Notes under the pieces: generated by a model
Database searches by the model: none
Told to the model about the DNA's origin: nothing
The model's input: the letters and a program-made list of their open reading frames with translations, nothing else
Made by a program: the position numbers and the translations under genes
Assembly (NCBI GenBank): GCA_964016885.1
Contig: OZ024740.1
Coordinates: forward strand, 305,164,001-305,228,000
From: Eledone cirrhosa
Lineage: Eukaryota
Direction: 5' to 3'
DNA: 64,000 nucleotides
In this document: positions 59,652-64,000 of the stretch, one piece after another
Position numbering within the stretch: the first letter of the stretch is position 1
Layout: every line of letters begins with the position of its first letter

Positions 59652-59849
59652 CCCTTTCATGACCACATTTCTAATGAAATACATGCTATTTCAATTAATT
59701 AATGAGGGATTTACTAAAATAGTTACTTAATCTAAAGTTTTTATATAAAGGTATGTTGGAAGATTTTTATTTAAATTGGAAACCTTTAAAATGGGTAATT
59801 TTATTTCATAGAACCAGAGCCAATTTTGCTTGGGTTGGTAACTAAAGAG
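59652..59849. mobile_element. piggyBac MITE
   Basis: TTAA 59648-59651 and 59850-59853; inverted relative to 56861-57081. Confidence 0.85.
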
Positions 59850-60174
59850 TTAAGAGTAATTTCAATATTGGGAGTGGAACTGGTTCATAGAAATGTTGGT
59901 GAAGAACAGTAGACACCCTTCATAACAGTAAACTGTTGAATGTGGAGTTTTTACACTGAAAATCTTGGTTCCACCATGCACCTAATTGGTAATATTTATT
60001 CAACAATCCTCTACAATTACTCACCCACCAACATGCTGTATCCTGACTCTTGCTTTTCTGAACTAACAAACTGTAAACCATATTTTTCACTCATACAATG
60101 CTCCTGATTCTTGTCATATCTACTGCATCTCATCAAGCATACCCCACACTAAACTTTTTGCTCAATCCTTTTTA

Positions 60175-60235
<61 letters not shown>

Positions 60236-60763
60236 GGACCCTCTGTGTCTCGGGTATCAAGGCATATTTGTAGAGTAGAATAATACATATTAAATCAAAC
60301 CATGGAGATTGATGAAATATGTGCCAATCTTATTGATTGTAGAAAAATGAGTTATCAATTTAGTGGCATATGAACTATGTAATGAGACAGCTAAATGCCA
60401 CAGCACATTTAGTCTGGCACTTCAGTATTTCTAATGCTATACCACCCTTTACTGACAGAATATTAAGCATTTATATTAACTAAAGAGATCAATAATATGC
60501 TTATCTGGTAATAGAAATAAGATTAAAAACTGCATGTACACCACAATTGATTCTCAAAAAAGACGCATCGAATCACTTGTTTGCCATTTTTATATCTATT
60601 AATTTATATATAAAACAATCTAACAATATCTGCTTTCTCTAGAGCAAGCAGATATATATAGTGCATATCTCTCATAGTGTGCAACATTGCTATAATAGCA
60701 TGCAAAATCATTTATAAGTAGCCATTTTTCTCCCCAAGCTGGTGTTTTATCAATGTATCTGCA

Positions 60764-61479
60764 TACAAGGTTTGTCAGAAAAGAAACAGGAATGGGGTAG
60801 CAAAAACAATATTTCAAATCCAAACTACAAACTACAAATTTTCCCCTTCAAAATAATCCCCCTCAAGTCTAATGCACTTTCCCATCCTTCTCCACCACGC
60901 CTCCATACACTCCTGGAAGGATTCTCCACAGCTCTGTCATCACAGCCCACATAATGGCTTCCATGTCTGTAAAACAGGTCCCCTTGATGGCCCATTTGAG
61001 CTTGGAGAAAAGGAAAATGTCTGGTTCAGTTTCAAGATTCTTGAAGATGTCTTGACATACCTGTATGTATCAATCCTTCTGGTCATCATTCAGCAGCTTC
61101 AGCACCATGTTCGCGCTGATCTTCCGCATGCCAAAATATTTGGTAATAATCTTTCAAGCACTGTTGCAATTCATGCCCAGCTCACTTGCGATCAGTCAGC
61201 TGATGTTTGCCACACACCACTTGCCACTTGCAGTGTTGCTAGTGCTTCTGATGGAGTTTTTCACAGCTAGACCAGAAACTTCAGGCCGGTTCATTGCTCT
61301 GTGCCCATCACTCGACAACCTAAAATCGAGGAGCTGTGAAAAACATACAGTGGCTGCAGAGAGATCGCAGTTATATACTCCCTGGATATTACGTGACATG
61401 GTGACACAACCCACTAATCCCTACCCCACTCTAGCTCACACAGCACACTAATTCCTGTTATTTTCTGTCACACCACATA
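60764..61479 (-). mobile_element. Deleted mariner-like element
   Basis: Imperfect ~29-bp TIRs TACAAGGTTTGTCAGAAAAGAAACAGGAAT / ATTCCTGTTATTTTCTGTCACACCACATA; decayed transposase-like interior. Confidence 0.65.
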
Positions 61480-62089
61480 TGTAGCTATTAAGACCTCACA
61501 ACAGCTACATGTGTCAGTGTAACAGCTAATATAAATGTCTTCTAAGCTCTGAAAGATTTTAAGGATGTCCAACCAGTCTATTACAGACAAAATTTTTCAA
61601 GTGATTTGGTAGCTGTTTCTAACAACTAATTTAACTGAAGCGTAGTATAGAGTTCTATACAGAAGTATCATAATACTTGCAGAATATTTCAACTGACAAT
61701 CTATGACAGTCCATAACGTTATCTATTTGTTCTCTGATGACTTTAGGTTGATATAGTCAAAGAAATATTAAATAACGCAAGATAACTGCTTGTTAGTTTT
61801 TATTGTTTTTCTTTACATTTTTCTTTTACATTCATTTTGCCATAGCTTACCCTTTTAAGACTGCATTTCTAATGAAATAGTCTATTTTAATTAAGTATTT
61901 TGAAAGATTTACTAAAATTAATTATTTTATTACTAAGATAGTAACTTAATATAAGGTTCTTATATAAAATTATGTTGGAAGATTTTAATTTAAATTGGAA
62001 AACTTTAAAATGGGTGGTTATATTTCATAGAACCTGAGCCTGTTTTGGCTGGGTTGGCTATAAAAGGTTTGAGATAGTTTATTTGTTAG

Positions 62090-62235
62090 AGCAGGCATGG
62101 CTGTGTAGTTAAAGAGTTCCCTTCACCATCACTTGGCTTCAGGTTCAGCCCTACTGTGTGGCACCTGGTGCAAGTATCTTTTACTATAACGTTGGGTTAA
62201 CCAATGTCTTGTAAATGAAATTTGGTAGGGGAATT
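62090..62235 (+). mobile_element. Octopus OR/OK-like tRNA SINE fragment
   Basis: GGCATGGCTGTGTAGTTAA...GGTTCAGCCCTACTGTGTGGCACC...CAAGT...TACTATA; family assignment from recall. Confidence 0.6.
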
Positions 62236-63469
62236 CTGTTTTTTCCTTGCTAGCAAAGGTTGAAGAGGTTATTCCAGTTCAAGACTAGATGGGTTGAAGG
62301 GACATCATCTTGCTCATACATTCCAAATGTTCCTTGTGTTAATTTAAATTACCTAATCAGTAACTGTTATTCCCTTAATTGGTCATATGAAGAAGTTGCT
62401 CCAGTATACTCAGCTGAAAATGAGTACCAGCAATAGCTGGGGGTTTGACCCTGTGATGGACTGGCATCCTGTCTAGGGAGAGTCTTGTACTCTCAGTTGC
62501 TTCATGCCATGAAACCAGGATAAGCACCAGCCTAACGAGCCTTCTGGCTTGAGACAGACAGTTAATATTACAAATTTTCACAAGTAAAGATACTATAAAC
62601 ATTTGAAGTAAGAAACCTATTTTTAGATATTTTTTTACTAAATTAAAACAGAATGTTAAGAGTTAAATTCCAAACACAGGAGCATGATTTATGTAGTTGA
62701 CAGTGTAGTGAATTTCTCCTGAAAAATAAGGGTGAACTACATATTGTGCATGCTGCTTTACTTGACATTGACTTAATTAGTTAATTCTCAAACAATCAGA
62801 GATTAATCTGTTACTATATCAAGGTGTACAACATTACTTACACCCTTACTACACCCCTGATTGTATACATATGCTGCTGCACACAGAAGACGACTTATTC
62901 TACACTAGATGTTCTCAGAACTCAGTCTTTTTATTATGATGTATGTAACTATATGTGAGCTTATGTATGAGTGCATCTGCATATAATTGTACTTGCTTAT
63001 TTGTGAGCCTGCAGATAAGTGTGTTTACATACAAGTGAATCTTCATAGCAGAATGAGTCATGTTCTGTGTGCAACGACATATGTGTGTCTGCCAAGGCTG
63101 TCAGTGATTTAGTATATCTGTTGGTTTAGTAAACTGATTTATTCTGTTGACTACAATATTTATAGAAAGAGTGGTTCTTCATGCAGCATCGTGTGTAGAG
63201 CTCTGTTCAGTTGACAGTAATATGTGATCAGCCCACATTCTTTAGACTGACTTTAAGACAAGGTTCAGGTAATAACTGCTTTATTAACACAATCTGGCTT
63301 TCATTGCAGTATAATTTCGAAATCTTTAGAAGTTTCAAAACTAAAAAAAAAGGAATTCTAGCCTCAAAAATTGTGAACATGACCAAAACAACTAAAATAT
63401 TTATTACTGGTACTAGACAGAATGAAAAAACTGAAGACTGGCTTGTTAGAACAGCTTAAAATGAGTAAG

Positions 63470-63900
63470 GCCATTTTCCCTGCTAAAGCAAGAGTTGACC
63501 TTGCAGATCCCATAAGATTTGCCCTATCTTCTGCATCCACTCTCACTAATACCATGTCTTTCATTTCCTCCTCTATCAACTTTATCCATGTTTTTCTTGG
63601 TCTTCTTCTTCCTTCCTCATTTATTTCCATCACACTTTTCTCACCCTGTCATTTTTATCATTCCTTAACATGACCCAACCATCTTATCCCATTTTTCTTC
63701 TCAACATTCATTGCTGACTCTATTCCCATCATCCTCTGCAATTCATTGTTTATTTTTCTCTTTCTCTTTCTAAGCAATAATCCACTTATCCATCGAACCA
63801 CTTTCATTTTTGTTCTTTCCTGCCTTCTCGGTCATCACCCATAAATCATGACCCTTTTTACACATAGGGTATATAAAAATACATGGAAATGTACTGCTAT
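63470..63900 (-). mobile_element. Decayed RTE LINE 3' fragment
   Basis: EGRRRPRKTWIKLIEEEMK and upstream RWLGHV motif. Confidence 0.7.
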
Positions 63901-64000
63901 GTAGGTTTGTCCAACTGAAGTTAGTATTTAAAAGGAGATGTTAATCTGTTGATAACCTTCACTATAAGTATTGTCTGAATACATGAGTGCCAGTTCTTTT

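Noticed and set aside
61733-61770. Hammerhead ribozyme (CTGATGA...GAAA)
   Set aside because: Stem II closing pair and stems I/III cannot be formed
49718-64000. Calcineurin B exon 3 (FDADEIKRLGKRF...)
   Set aside because: Looked for by eye and not found; presumably beyond the window

Overview
AT-rich, intron-rich animal genomic DNA, most likely an octopus (inferred from OR/OK-like tRNA SINEs, RTE LINE tails ending in (GAT)n and dense TA/TG microsatellites). Three conserved spliced genes were reconstructed by hand: the 3' four coding exons of JKAMP (+, 683-9623), a complete 11-exon eEF1-gamma gene (-, 32639-19186, 421 aa, with a 5'TOP-like start), and the first two coding exons of calcineurin B (+, ATG 33177-33179 and 49678-49717), head-to-head with eEF1-gamma. 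Almost all other ORFs in the track are transposon debris or repeats: RTE LINEs, a Penelope-like fossil, CR1-like and CRE-like 3' ends, two piggyBac elements with their TTAA MITEs, two Helitrons, mariner/pogo elements, several SINE families and minisatellites. Best leads, all unverified: a ~260-nt H/ACA-like RNA with an unusually short 3' hairpin in eEF1-gamma intron 2; an inverted SINE pair bracketing a 375-nt phase-0 exon cassette (circRNA/skipping/ADAR candidate); and a PHD-type C4HC3 finger downstream of the RT in the RTE ORF. Gene names come from recalled protein similarity, not database searches.
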